A stretch of DNA of 64,000 bases, taken from contig DYEU01000026.1 in NCBI GenBank assembly GCA_020725555.1, positions 115,693 to 179,692 on the forward strand. The letters are read 5' to 3'. Of the stretch, positions 1 through 8,936 are shown in pieces. Position 1 is the first letter of the stretch. Every line of letters begins with the position of its first letter. The DNA is from Desulfatibacillum sp. (GTDB lineage Bacteria > Desulfobacterota > Desulfobacteria > Desulfobacterales > SpSt-501). Under the pieces are notes generated by a model. It worked only from the letters and a program-made list of their open reading frames with translations, was not told where the DNA came from and ran no database searches. The position numbers were made by a program, and so were the translations under genes.

Positions 1-553
1 GCCGCCGCAGGAGCTCCTGGAGCCCCTGGCGCCGCTCGTAGGCGAGCGGCGCCAGGACCAGGAAGCGCGAGCCCGGCGGGAGCGCCTCCACGCGGTCGAC
101 CATGCGGTCGAGCGTCATGCCGGCGATTTCCCGGCCGCAGGAGGGGCAGTGGACGCTTCCGGCGCGGGCGAAGAGCAGGCGCAGGAAGTCGTGGATCTCG
201 GTGACCGTCCCCACGGTGGCCCGGGGCGGCCAGGCGGCGAGACGGGGCTCGATGGCGATCGCCGGGGCGAGCCCCTCGATCAGGTCCATGTCCGGCTTCT
301 CCAGCCGCTCGAGCATCTGCCGCGCGTGGGCCGAGAGGGATTCCACGTAGCGCCGCTGGCCCTCGGCGTAGAGCGTGTCGAAGGCCAGCGAGGATTTCCC
401 CGAACCCGAAAGCCCCGAAATCACGGTCAGGCTGAGGCAGGGCAGGCTGACGTCGATGTTTTTGAGGTTGTGCTGGCGGGCCCCGCGGACCACGATCCGC
501 CGCTCCCCGCCGGGCGGGAGGGGGGGCGGGGGGGACTGCGGCAAGGGCTTCAT
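1..553 (-). CDS. uvrA: UvrABC excinuclease subunit A, N-terminal ~184 codons (gene runs off the left edge)
   Basis: Not in the ORF track (no stop inside the window). Own reverse translation from ATG at comp(551-553): [95 protein letters not shown]...HCPSCGREI. Walker A (GLSGSGKSS) and the UvrA CxxC zinc module are in canonical order. Confidence 0.88.
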   Translation of the reverse strand, partial: MKPLPQSPPPPLPPGGERRIVVRGARQHNLKNIDVSLPCLSLTVISGLSGSGKSSLAFDTLYAEGQRRYVESLSAHARQMLERLEKPDMDLIEGLAPAIAIEPRLAAWPPRATVGTVTEIHDFLRLLFARAGSVHCPSCGREIAGMTLDRMVDRVEALPPGSRFLVLAPLAYERRQGLQELLRR

Positions 554-1213
554 AGCTTCGAATTCGGCCTGAAATTGGCTATTTTTTTGCATGGCGGGTT
601 CCGCCGGCAGGATCCCCGTGCCGGCGGGGCTTCATTCCCTGGATGCTGCGGCCGCTTTCCGCCGCGGAAGCGCACATGATCTTATATTCCATGAATATCA
701 ATAGGTTGATATCTCTTGCCGTCCTCCGGGGCGGCCGTTTCGCGGCGGCGGGAACCGCGGGCCCACCCTGCCCCCCGGGGCCCGGAGGTCATTCCCTACG
801 GCGGGCCGGCGGCCGTTTTGAAAACGAAAAAAAATGAAAACAAAAGAAAAAAGCCGTTTTTCGAAGATGATGAGTTTGCCCGGGCCGCGGCCGGGCGATG
901 GATCCGTTGATATTGTTTGGAAATCTAACAAACGGCCGGAACGATGGCCGAAGCCTGCGCCGCCGGGGTGAAGATCGATTTGGAAATGATAACAGAAGAA
1001 TATATTTTGTTCAAAACCCTTCGCCCCCCTTGCGGGAATCTGGGGATTTGCGATTTGACTCCCGCCGGCGGCTGGCCTAAAAGGCAGCCTCGTCCCGCGG
1101 GGCCGGCCGGCGGGGAGCCCAGGCGCCCCGGAACCCGGCACGGGCCGAACGCGGATTTCCTCGCCGACGAAACAACCTCTCGCGGATGTTCCCCGGAAGC
1201 GGCGATCCTGGAT
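554..1213. other. uvrA-dnaA spacer: candidate replication origin / dnaA promoter region
   Basis: 660 bp without a credible ORF directly upstream of dnaA. Strongest AT island of the window at 816-878 (gttttgaaaacgaaaaaaaatgaaaacaaaagaaaaaagccgtttttcgaagatgatgag). Inverted repeat ATATCAA-N4-TTGATAT at 695-712, which also fits the IHF core WATCAA-N4-TTR (696-708). Third TTGATAT at 907-913. Two copies of TTTGGAAAT (916-924, 979-987). No canonical TTATCCACA box seen by eye. Confidence 0.4.
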
Positions 1214-2572
1214 ATGGAAAAGATCTGGAAAGATCTGCGCGGAGCGTTGAAACGGCGCATCGCGGCCCACAGCTACCGCATGTGGATCGAGCCGCTCGGC
1301 CTGGAGCGCTCCGAGGAGGGCCACTGGGTCATCCTCTGCCCCAACGCCTTTTCGCGCAAGCGCGTCCAGGACCATTTCGGCGAGACGATCCGCGCCGAGC
1401 TCGCCCGCCTGAGCGGCGGGGGGGAGGGGGTGCGGGTCGAGTTCCAGGTTGCCGGCCGGCGCCCGTCCCGCGGCGCGGAAGCCGCGGCGAGCGCCCAGCT
1501 CCCGCTGCCGAGCGAAGCGATCCGCCCGCACAACGGCCGCTTTCTGCGACGCGATTTCACCTTCGAGCATTTCGTCGTGGGCGCGGGAAACGATTTCGCC
1601 TACTCGGCCTCGCTCTCGCTCGCCAGCCGCAAGGGCTGCACGCAGCCGGCCGTCTTTCTCTACTCGGGGACCGGCCTGGGGAAAAGCCATCTCTCCCAGG
1701 CGATCGGCCACCATGTCCTGCGGCACAGCCCGCAGGAGCGGGTCTACTACATAACGGCCGAGGATTTCAGCAACGAGATGGTGCAGGCCTTCCGCCGCGA
1801 CGCCCTCGACCAGTTCAAAGCCAAGTACCGCCGGCAGTGCGACGTGCTGCTCCTCGAGGACGTCCACGGCCTGGGCGGCAAGGAGCGCACCCAGATCGAG
1901 CTGGCCGCCACCCTGGACAGCCTGCTGGAATCCGGCAAGCGGATCCTCTTTTCGAGCGCCTGCCGCCCGGCGGAGATCCCCCGGCTGCACGACTCCCTGC
2001 GCTCGCGGCTTTCCTGCAGCCTGATCACGGCCATCGAGCCGCCCAACCACCGCACCCGGCTGCGCATCCTGCAGCACAAGGCCCGGCTGCACGGCTACGA
2101 GATCCCGGCCGAGGTCTTCGAGTTCCTCGCCACCGAGCTCGTGGGGGACGTCCGCCAGCTCGAAAGCGGCCTGAACGGGGTCGCCGCGCGCTCCTCGCTG
2201 CTCGGCTCGCCGATCGACCTCAAGCTCGCCGAAACCGTCGTCCAGCAGATGATCAGCGGCCGCCGCCGCATCACCGTCGAGCTGATCAAGAAGCTCGTCT
2301 GCGAACACTACCGGGTGTCGGAAGCGGAGCTGGTCTCGCCGTCCCGGCGGCAGCAGCTCGTGCGGCCGCGGCAGATGGCCATCTTTCTCGCCCGCCGCTT
2401 CACCGACACCCCCCTGCAGGCCATCGGCCGAAGCTTCAACCGCTACCACGCGACCGTGCTCCACTCGATCCAGGCGATCGAGCGGGGCGTCAAGACCGAC
2501 CCCGCCCTGCGCGAGCAGGTCGACTTTTTCCAGAAGCGGCTCGAATCCCCCCCTCCCGGCGGGCTCGGCTGA
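1214..2572 (+). CDS. dnaA: Chromosomal replication initiator DnaA
   Basis: Track ORF 944..2572, trimmed to in-frame ATG 1214 (MEKIWKDLRGALKRRIAAHSYRMWIEPL = DnaA domain I). Walker A GTGLGKSHL, Walker B LLLEDVH, C-terminal DNA-binding domain RQMAIFLARRFTDTPLQAIGRSFNRYHATVLHSIQAI. Confidence 0.96.
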   Translation: MEKIWKDLRGALKRRIAAHSYRMWIEPLGLERSEEGHWVILCPNAFSRKRVQDHFGETIRAELARLSGGGEGVRVEFQVAGRRPSRGAEAAASAQLPLPSEAIRPHNGRFLRRDFTFEHFVVGAGNDFAYSASLSLASRKGCTQPAVFLYSGTGLGKSHLSQAIGHHVLRHSPQERVYYITAEDFSNEMVQAFRRDALDQFKAKYRRQCDVLLLEDVHGLGGKERTQIELAATLDSLLESGKRILFSSACRPAEIPRLHDSLRSRLSCSLITAIEPPNHRTRLRILQHKARLHGYEIPAEVFEFLATELVGDVRQLESGLNGVAARSSLLGSPIDLKLAETVVQQMISGRRRITVELIKKLVCEHYRVSEAELVSPSRRQQLVRPRQMAIFLARRFTDTPLQAIGRSFNRYHATVLHSIQAIERGVKTDPALREQVDFFQKRLESPPPGGLG

Positions 2573-2575
2573 CCC

Positions 2576-2617
2576 CCGCGGGGCGAGGCGGCCGCCTCCC
2601 CCAGGGCCGCCCCGCGG
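2576..2617. terminator. GC hairpin between convergent dnaA and suhB (possible bidirectional terminator, no U-tract)
   Basis: Perfect 10-bp arms ccgcggggcg (2576-2585) / cgccccgcgg (2608-2617). 22-nt loop with internal palindrome ggcggccgcc. No flanking T run. Confidence 0.3.
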
Positions 2618-2624
2618 CGGAACC

Positions 2625-3398
2625 CTACGCCAGCAGGCGAAGCAGCTCCTCGTGGATGCGGCCGTTTGAGGCCGCCACCTCGCCCGCCTCGAGGCGGGGG
2701 GGCCCGCCGCGGAAATCGGTCACCCGCCCGCCGGCCTCGGCGACGATCAGCACCCCGGCCGCCGCGTCCCAGGGCTTGAGGCCGCTTTCCCAGTAGCCGG
2801 CGAACCTCCCGCAGGCGACCCAGCACAGGTCGATCGCCGCCGACCCCAGGCGGCGGATGCCCCGTGCCGCGCGCAGGCAGCGGAGCAACCGGCCGCTCAT
2901 CGCCTCCCAGTGCGCCTCGCGGTCGTAGGGGAACCCGGTCGCGAGCAGCCCCTCGGCCACCCGGGCCTCCCCGGAGACGCGGATCGGCTCGCCGTTGCAG
3001 AAGGCCCCCTCCCCGGCGCGGGCGGTGAAGAGCTCGCCGGTCAGCGGCTGCAGCACCGCGCCGACGAGGGGGGTGCCGTGGCGCAGGCAGGCGATCGAGA
3101 CCGCAAAGAGCGGGATGCCGTGGGCGAAGTTGACGGTGCCGTCGAGGGGGTCGACGAGCCAGCGGTAGACGGCGCCCTCCGCGTGGGTCCCGCCTTCCTC
3201 GGCCGTCACCGCGTGGTCCGGGAACTCGCGCCGCAGGATGGCGACGATCGCCTCCTCGGCCGCGAGGTCGGCGTCGGTGACGAGATCGTTGGGCCCCTTG
3301 AGGCCGACGGCGAGCGCCGTGCGGAAGCGCTCCCGCAAAATCCCGGCGGCGCGGTAGGCCGCACGCAGGGCGACGCGCAGCAGGCGCGCGGTGTCCAC
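2625..3398 (-). CDS. suhB: Inositol monophosphatase family protein (SuhB-like)
   Basis: 257 aa. IMPase signatures WLVDPLDGTVNFAHG and KPWDAAAGVLIVAEAGG. GTG start preceded by GGAGGAGG. Confidence 0.9.
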   Translation of the reverse strand: MDTARLLRVALRAAYRAAGILRERFRTALAVGLKGPNDLVTDADLAAEEAIVAILRREFPDHAVTAEEGGTHAEGAVYRWLVDPLDGTVNFAHGIPLFAVSIACLRHGTPLVGAVLQPLTGELFTARAGEGAFCNGEPIRVSGEARVAEGLLATGFPYDREAHWEAMSGRLLRCLRAARGIRRLGSAAIDLCWVACGRFAGYWESGLKPWDAAAGVLIVAEAGGRVTDFRGGPPRLEAGEVAASNGRIHEELLRLLA

Positions 3399-3414
3399 CT
3401 CCGGCCTCCTCCGC

Positions 3415-5073
3415 CTACGGGGCCGGCGGGGGCTCCTCCCCGCCGGGTGGGGGTTGGCCGAGCCGCCGCAGGATCTCCTCGATCAGCGGCCGGAGCGTCT
3501 CCGCCGCGAGCGCGGAGACGCCGATCGCCCCGTGGCGGCGGCAGAGCGCGCGGGCCTCCTGCGGCTCGACGCGGTCCTGCTTGTTGAAGACGCGCACCGC
3601 CGGTTTGCCCTCGAGGCCGAGCTCGGCGAGGAGGCCCTCGACCGCCTCCATCTGCTCCTCGAAGCGCGGGTGGCTCATGTCCACCACGTGGAGCAGGAGA
3701 TCGGCGCTTTCCAGCTCCTCGAGGGTGGCGCGGAAGGCGACCCGGAGCTCCTCGGGGAGGTTGCGGATGAAGCCCACGGTGTCCGTGAGGATGACCTCGA
3801 GATCCTGGGGGAAGCGCACCCGGCGGCTCGTCGGGTCGAGGGTCGCGAAGAGCCGGCTCTCGGCGAGCACCCGGCTGTGGGTGAGCGTGTTGAGCAGCGT
3901 GCTTTTCCCCGCGTTCGTGTAGCCGATGATCGAGACGATCGGCAGCCGGCGGCGGGCGCGGCGCGTGCGCAGCCGGCTGCGGTGGCGGCGGACGTCCTCG
4001 AGCGCCTCCTCGAGCAGCTGGATGCGGCGGCGGACTTTGCGGCGGTCGAGCTCGAGCTGGGTTTCGCCCGGACCCCGGCCGCCGATGCCGCCTGCAAGCC
4101 GCGACATGGCCGTTCCCCGGCCCACCAGCCGCGGCAGAAGGTAGCGCAGCTGGGCGAGCTCGACCTGGAGCTTGCCCTCGCGGCTGCGGGCGCGCTGGGC
4201 GAAGAGGTCGAGGATCAGCTGCGTGCGGTCGATCACCTTGAGCGCGACCCGGTCGGCGATGGAGCGGATTTGCGAGGGGCTGAGCTCCTGGTCGAAGATG
4301 AGGATCGTCGCCCCCTCTTGGAGGGCCTGGATGGCGAGTTCCTGGAGCTTGCCGCTGCCGACGAGGGTGCGGGCGTCCAGCGCCTCGCGCTGCTGGAGGG
4401 TCGCGCCCGCGATCGTAAGGCCCGCGGAGCGGGTGAGGGCCTCGAGCTCGGCCAAGGACTCCTCGCCTTCGCGGCGCGAGGCCGTCGTCACGCTGACCAG
4501 AAGCGCCCGCTCGGGCCCCGCGGCGGCCGAGCGGCCGCGGACGACGCGCTCGAGCTCCCCCTCGAGCGCGGCGATCATCGCCGCGCAGTCGATGGCGAGC
4601 CGCTCCGGGGAAAGCGGCGGGAGCAGCCGGTGCGGCAGGCGCTCGGCGTTGGCGGGCAAGAGATGGGCGGCGAAGACCTCGGCGGGTTCCCCCTCCGGGG
4701 TGACGGTCAGGGCGGCCATGAGGTCGAGGCGCAGAAGCGCCAGGTCGGTCAGGTCCTCGCGGCTGAGCGGCCCGGCGTCGAGGTGGGTGTGGATGCAGCG
4801 CAGCCCGCGCAGGCGGCCGGGCGCGGGGCGGTCGTCCTCGCTCGCCGGCAGGACGACGCGGCGGCTGTCGCCCACGGTGACCGCCTGGACGCGCCCCTGG
4901 CGGTCGACGAGCAGCCCGATCTGGCGCCGGATCTCCCGCGACAGCCGGGCCGTCTCCGCGGCCAGCTCGGCGGAGATCAGCTCCTCGGGGGGGGTGCGCC
5001 GGCGGGTGAGGGCTTCGAGACGTCGGATCTGGGAGGGCTTGAGGCCGGTGAGGTTGCCGTGGAGCCGTTTCAT
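3415..5073 (-). CDS. hflX: GTPase HflX
   Basis: 552 aa. G1 GYTNAGKSTLLNTLT, G3 DTVGF, G4 NKQD, HflX N-terminal domain upstream. ATG overlaps the dnaB stop (ATGA). Confidence 0.93.
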   Translation of the reverse strand: MKRLHGNLTGLKPSQIRRLEALTRRRTPPEELISAELAAETARLSREIRRQIGLLVDRQGRVQAVTVGDSRRVVLPASEDDRPAPGRLRGLRCIHTHLDAGPLSREDLTDLALLRLDLMAALTVTPEGEPAEVFAAHLLPANAERLPHRLLPPLSPERLAIDCAAMIAALEGELERVVRGRSAAAGPERALLVSVTTASRREGEESLAELEALTRSAGLTIAGATLQQREALDARTLVGSGKLQELAIQALQEGATILIFDQELSPSQIRSIADRVALKVIDRTQLILDLFAQRARSREGKLQVELAQLRYLLPRLVGRGTAMSRLAGGIGGRGPGETQLELDRRKVRRRIQLLEEALEDVRRHRSRLRTRRARRRLPIVSIIGYTNAGKSTLLNTLTHSRVLAESRLFATLDPTSRRVRFPQDLEVILTDTVGFIRNLPEELRVAFRATLEELESADLLLHVVDMSHPRFEEQMEAVEGLLAELGLEGKPAVRVFNKQDRVEPQEARALCRRHGAIGVSALAAETLRPLIEEILRRLGQPPPGGEEPPPAP

Positions 5074-6443
5074 GGGCGCAGGGCTTCCGCCGCCAGGTTC
5101 TCAAACCGCGTGTAGGCGGAGAGGAAGGCGAGGCGGACGTCGCCGGTCGGGCCGTTGCGCTGCTTGGCGAGGAGGATTTCGGCCGTCCCCCGGTTCGGGT
5201 TGTTCTCCTCGGGGTTGTAGACCTCGTCGCGGTAGATGAAGGCCACGACGTCCGCGTCCTGCTCGAGGGCCCCGGATTCGCGCAGGTCCGACAGCCGGGG
5301 GCGCTTGTCGGTGCGCTGCTCGAGCATGCGGTTCAACTGGGAGAGCGCGAGCACGGGCAGGTCGAGCTCCTTGGCGAGGGATTTGAGCGCGCGGCTGATT
5401 TCGGAGATCTCCAGCTCGCGGCGTTCGGCGCCGGGGCGCCCCTGCATGAGCTGGAGGTAGTCGATGACGACGAGGCCGATGTTCTTGTCCATCTTCAGCC
5501 GCCGCGCCTTCGCCCGCACCTCGAGGGCCGTGAGCCCCGGGGAGTCGTCGATGAAGATCGGGGCCGAGGAGAGGGTCGAGGCGGCCTCGGTCACGCGCTC
5601 CCAGTCCTCCAGGGTGAAGAAGCCGCTGCGCAGCTTGGAGGAGTCGATCCGGGCCTCGGCGCAGAGCAGCCGCAGCGTGATCTGCTCCTTGGACATCTCG
5701 AGCGAAAAGATCGCCACGGGGACGCCGGCCTCGACGGCGGCGTTGCGCGCGATGTTCAGCGCGAGCGCCGTCTTGCCCATGCTGGGCCGGGCCGCGAGGA
5801 TGATCAGGTCGGCGTTCTGCAGGCCGCTCGTCAGGTGGTCGATCTGCGTGAAGCCGGTCGGCACGCCGGTCACGAGGCTTTTGTTTTTCTGCTTTTCCTC
5901 GAGAAAGTCGATGCTGCGGTCGATCAGCTTGGAGAGCGGGTAGAAGGACTGGCGGGCCTTTTTCTCGGTCACCGCGAACAGGGCGGACTCGGCGAAGTCG
6001 ACGATCTCCTCCGCGGAGCCCTGCTCCGCGTAGCAGCGCTTGGCGATGGCGTTCGCCTGTTCGATCAGCCGCCGCAGGACGGCCTTGTCGTGGACGATGC
6101 GCGCGTAGTGCTGGGCGTTCGCCGCGGGCAGCACGTCGTTCAACAGCCGGGCGACGAAGGCGGCCCCGCCGACCGCCTCGAGGCGGCCCTTCTCCCGGAG
6201 CGCGTTGGTCACCGTGACGAGGTCGATCGGCTCGCCGCGGTTGAAGAGATCGGTCATGGCGGCGAAGATCGTGCCGTGGGCCGTGCGGTAGAAATCCTGC
6301 GGCCCCAGGAGATCGACCACGTCCAGGAGCGCGGTGTTGTCCACCAGGATGGCGCTGAGCAGCGCCTCCTCGGCCTCTTCGTTCCGGGGCGGGGTCCGGA
6401 GCGGGTCGCCCGCCCGGGGGGAGGCTGCGGAAGTCTCGGCCAT
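5070..6443 (-). CDS. dnaB: Replicative DNA helicase DnaB
   Basis: Track ORF 5070..6917 trimmed to ATG at comp(6441-6443) (MAETSAAS...PPRNEEAEEALLSAIL). Walker A ARPSMGKTALALN, IDYLQLM, SQLNR. The upstream 158 codons overlap rplI in another frame. Confidence 0.95.
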   Translation of the reverse strand: MAETSAASPRAGDPLRTPPRNEEAEEALLSAILVDNTALLDVVDLLGPQDFYRTAHGTIFAAMTDLFNRGEPIDLVTVTNALREKGRLEAVGGAAFVARLLNDVLPAANAQHYARIVHDKAVLRRLIEQANAIAKRCYAEQGSAEEIVDFAESALFAVTEKKARQSFYPLSKLIDRSIDFLEEKQKNKSLVTGVPTGFTQIDHLTSGLQNADLIILAARPSMGKTALALNIARNAAVEAGVPVAIFSLEMSKEQITLRLLCAEARIDSSKLRSGFFTLEDWERVTEAASTLSSAPIFIDDSPGLTALEVRAKARRLKMDKNIGLVVIDYLQLMQGRPGAERRELEISEISRALKSLAKELDLPVLALSQLNRMLEQRTDKRPRLSDLRESGALEQDADVVAFIYRDEVYNPEENNPNRGTAEILLAKQRNGPTGDVRLAFLSAYTRFENLAAEALRP

Positions 6444-6463
6444 GGGCGGGCGCTTCCTTGCCC

Positions 6464-6910
6464 CTATCCTTCGGCCACCACCTCGACCGTGATGGTCGGC
6501 TCCACACCCTTGTAGACGCGGATCGGCACGCTGTAGGTGCCCAGCTTCTTGATCGGCTCGGAGAGGAGCAGCATGCGCTTTTCGATCGCGATGTCCTGGG
6601 CCGCAAGCGCCTCGAGGATGTCGCGGCCGGTCACGGATCCGTAGAGCCGGTCCTCTTCGGCGACCTTGGCGGGGATGCGGCAGACCACCCCTTCGAGGCG
6701 CTTGGCCATCTCCTCGGCCAGCTTGCGCTCCTTGGCGATCTGCAGCTCGACCTTCTCCCGCTCCCGCTCCATGCGCTTGCGGTTCTCCGGTGTCGCGAGC
6801 ACGGCCTTTTGTTGCGGCAGCAGGTAGTTGCGGGCGTATCCCGGTTTGACCTCGACCTCGCTGCCGATGATGCCGAGCGATTCGATGGTCTGGGTGAGAA
6901 TCACTTTCAT
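6464..6910 (-). CDS. rplI: 50S ribosomal protein L9
   Basis: 148 aa, MKVILTQTIESLGIIGSEVEVKPGYARNYLLPQQKA... is the typical L9 N-domain. Confidence 0.97.
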   Translation of the reverse strand: MKVILTQTIESLGIIGSEVEVKPGYARNYLLPQQKAVLATPENRKRMEREREKVELQIAKERKLAEEMAKRLEGVVCRIPAKVAEEDRLYGSVTGRDILEALAAQDIAIEKRMLLLSEPIKKLGTYSVPIRVYKGVEPTITVEVVAEG

Positions 6911-6936
6911 GGGTCATCCTCCATGCGGGCGGCCGG

Positions 6937-7884
6937 TCATCCGGCCCCGCCCGGGGGGGCGGTCGATGACGGACTCCGGCCCAGTTTGCGAAAATCGAAC
7001 CACGTGTCGAACAGGCCCAGCAGGGCGACGCCGAGCGCGGCCAGCTGCTGCAGGCCGATCAGGGCGTAGATCAGCGCCCGGAGCGGCCGGGGGACCCCCT
7101 TGCGGCGGAAGGTGTGGGCCACGACGGCGATGCCCTGGAAGAAGTAGACGACGCCGAGCACCAGGACCCCGTTCAGGCCGACCCCCTTCGCCGGCAGCGA
7201 CGGCATGAGCAAGAGACCGCCGCTGGCGATCACCGCCCAGACGAGGACGTCCGGGGCCTTCCAGCGGTCGAGCGGGCCCCAGTCGGGCGCCGGCAGGCCG
7301 CGGGCGGCGAGGATCGCCCGCGCGGCGAGGAGCGAGGCCCACAGCGACACCAGGGTCGCCCCGGCGACCAGGGCCGGGAGCATCCACACCAGCACCCGGG
7401 CGATCAGCGCCGAGGCCTCCTCGAGAAAGCGGAGCTGCTCCTCCGCCATCCCCGCCCCGCGGTAGGCGTCGAGGACGAGCTCGACGTGGCGGTGCACCCC
7501 CTCCACGACGAGGGACAGGGGGCCCTGGCCCTCGAGGAGCGCAAGGGCCCAGATCCCGGAAAAGAGCCCCGCCACGGCCGCGCCGCAGCCGGCGAGCACC
7601 GTGCGCTCGATCGACCGGCCGCGGGCCATCGCCTCGGCCGCGGCCAGCCCCGCCAGGATCGTGGGGCCGAAGAAAAAGAGCTCGAGGCGGCCGCCCGCGA
7701 GCGCCGCGAAGGCGAGGGCGGCCGCGGCCAGGACCCCGGCCGCGGCCGCGCCGGCCTTCATCCGGTAGACCAGCAGGGGGATCGGCAGCAGCGACGACCC
7801 CAGCCAGCCGGCCACCGGGATCCGGGCGCAAAGGAAGATCGCCGCGCACAGAACGGCGCAGCCGATGGCCAGATCGCGGTTCAT
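6937..7884 (-). CDS. DUF2232-type polytopic membrane protein (YybS-like) between rpsR and rplI
   Basis: Track ORF 6937..7914. Start put at ATG comp(7882-7884) (MNRDLAIGCAVL...). Multiple hydrophobic helices. The position rpsR-X-rplI is the usual context of DUF2232 (recollection). Confidence 0.7.
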   Translation of the reverse strand: MNRDLAIGCAVLCAAIFLCARIPVAGWLGSSLLPIPLLVYRMKAGAAAAGVLAAAALAFAALAGGRLELFFFGPTILAGLAAAEAMARGRSIERTVLAGCGAAVAGLFSGIWALALLEGQGPLSLVVEGVHRHVELVLDAYRGAGMAEEQLRFLEEASALIARVLVWMLPALVAGATLVSLWASLLAARAILAARGLPAPDWGPLDRWKAPDVLVWAVIASGGLLLMPSLPAKGVGLNGVLVLGVVYFFQGIAVVAHTFRRKGVPRPLRALIYALIGLQQLAALGVALLGLFDTWFDFRKLGRSPSSTAPPGGAG

Positions 7885-8091
7885 GCCCCTCGCATGGCGG
7901 CAGGCGGTGGACACGCTTGGCCTCGAGGCCGTGATCCCGTCATGCCGCAGCTTGCGGACAGGCCCTTGCGCCGCGGAGCCGGACTCGCCTTCCGGGCCGC
8001 CGCGCAGCCATGCGGGCGAAGCGACCCCCGGTTGCTCACCGGCCGGCAGGCCGCCTCACGGCGGGTGCGGGACCCCGGGACTGCCCCCGTC

Positions 8092-8379
8092 TCAGCCCTG
8101 CTCGAGGCTCCCCACGAACGGCAGCAGCGCGATGGTGCGGGCGCGCTTGATCGCCTGGCTGACGGAGCGCTGATGCTTGGCGCAGCAGCCGGAAATCCGT
8201 TTGGGGATGATCTTGCCGCGCTCGGTGATGAAGTACTTGAGGGTGCGCGGATCCTTGTAGTCGATTTTCAGGGTCTTGTCGGCGCAGAACCGGCACACCT
8301 TGCGGCGGTGGTAGACCCGGCGTTTGCGTTTGGCCGGGCCTCCGGCCGGTTTGGCGCTGCGGGAAGCGGGTGCGCTCAT
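8092..8379 (-). CDS. rpsR: 30S ribosomal protein S18
   Basis: 95 aa with [53 protein letters not shown]. Confidence 0.97.
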   Translation of the reverse strand: MSAPASRSAKPAGGPAKRKRRVYHRRKVCRFCADKTLKIDYKDPRTLKYFITERGKIIPKRISGCCAKHQRSVSQAIKRARTIALLPFVGSLEQG

Positions 8380-8382
8380 GGG

Positions 8383-8856
8383 TCATGCCTCCTGGGCCGA
8401 TGGGGCGGGAGCGGCGGTTTCGCCCGCGGCGGCTTCCGCCGCGGGGGCCTCGGCGGGGGGGGTCGCGCCGGCGGGTTCGGGCTGGGCGGCAGCGGCCTGC
8501 GCCGCCGCGGCTTCCGCCGCCGCGGTTTCCGCCCGGGAGACCTCCTCCAGGATGCGCGCCACGTCGGGCCGGCTGTCGAGCAGCACGGTCAGGTAGCGCA
8601 GCACCCGCTCGTCGATGCGGCAGAAGCGCTCGATTTCGGCGACGGCGGCCGCCCCGGCGCAATAGTCGACCCGCGCGTACCAGCCGCGCTCCTTCTTGCG
8701 GATCGCGTAGGCCAGGCGGCGCGTGCCCCATTCCTCGATGCGCACGAGCGTCCCCCCCTCGCGGGCGATCGTCTCGCGGATGCGCTCGAGGATCGGCGCC
8801 CGCTGTTCCCCGGCGAGCTCGGGGTCCAGGATGAGAATGGTTTCGTAGCGTCTCAC
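8383..8856 (-). CDS. rpsF: 30S ribosomal protein S6 with Ala/Pro/Glu-rich C-terminal tail
   Basis: Track ORF 8383..8946 trimmed to GTG comp(8854-8856) behind GAGGAGGAAA. VRRYETILILDPEL...RIEEWGTRRLAYAIRKKERGWY is the S6 core. About 50 aa low-complexity tail. Confidence 0.9.
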   Translation of the reverse strand: MRRYETILILDPELAGEQRAPILERIRETIAREGGTLVRIEEWGTRRLAYAIRKKERGWYARVDYCAGAAAVAEIERFCRIDERVLRYLTVLLDSRPDVARILEEVSRAETAAAEAAAAQAAAAQPEPAGATPPAEAPAAEAAAGETAAPAPSAQEA

Positions 8857-8936
8857 GGTTTCCTCCTCGCGGGTGTCAAGCCCCGGGACCCAAGGCCCGG
8901 AGCAAGGATGGAACCATTTGCGAAAAGGCTCTTCTA

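Noticed and set aside
944-1213. N-terminal 90-codon extension of the dnaA ORF suggested by the track.
   Set aside because: The extension runs through the AT-rich spacer and has non-protein-like sequence. DnaA domain I starts cleanly at the ATG at 1214.
554-1213. Calling individual DnaA boxes (e.g. TTATATTCC at 682-690, TGATAACAG at 987-995).
   Set aside because: Each has 4 or more mismatches to TTATCCACA. Without a PWM scan or comparative data this would be over-interpretation.
698-2464. 588-aa minus-strand ORF antisense to dnaA (and the nested ORFs 1186..2796+, 925..1260-).
   Set aside because: It fully overlaps the motif-supported dnaA frame. The product is Arg/Gly/Pro/Ala-rich with no recognisable domain. 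This is the typical stop-codon-poor shadow frame of high-GC DNA.
3206-5115. 632-aa (minus) and 574-aa (plus) ORFs overlapping hflX.
   Set aside because: Shadow frames of the HflX gene (G1/G3/G4 motifs are in the 3415..5073 frame). The compositions are dominated by R/P/G/A.
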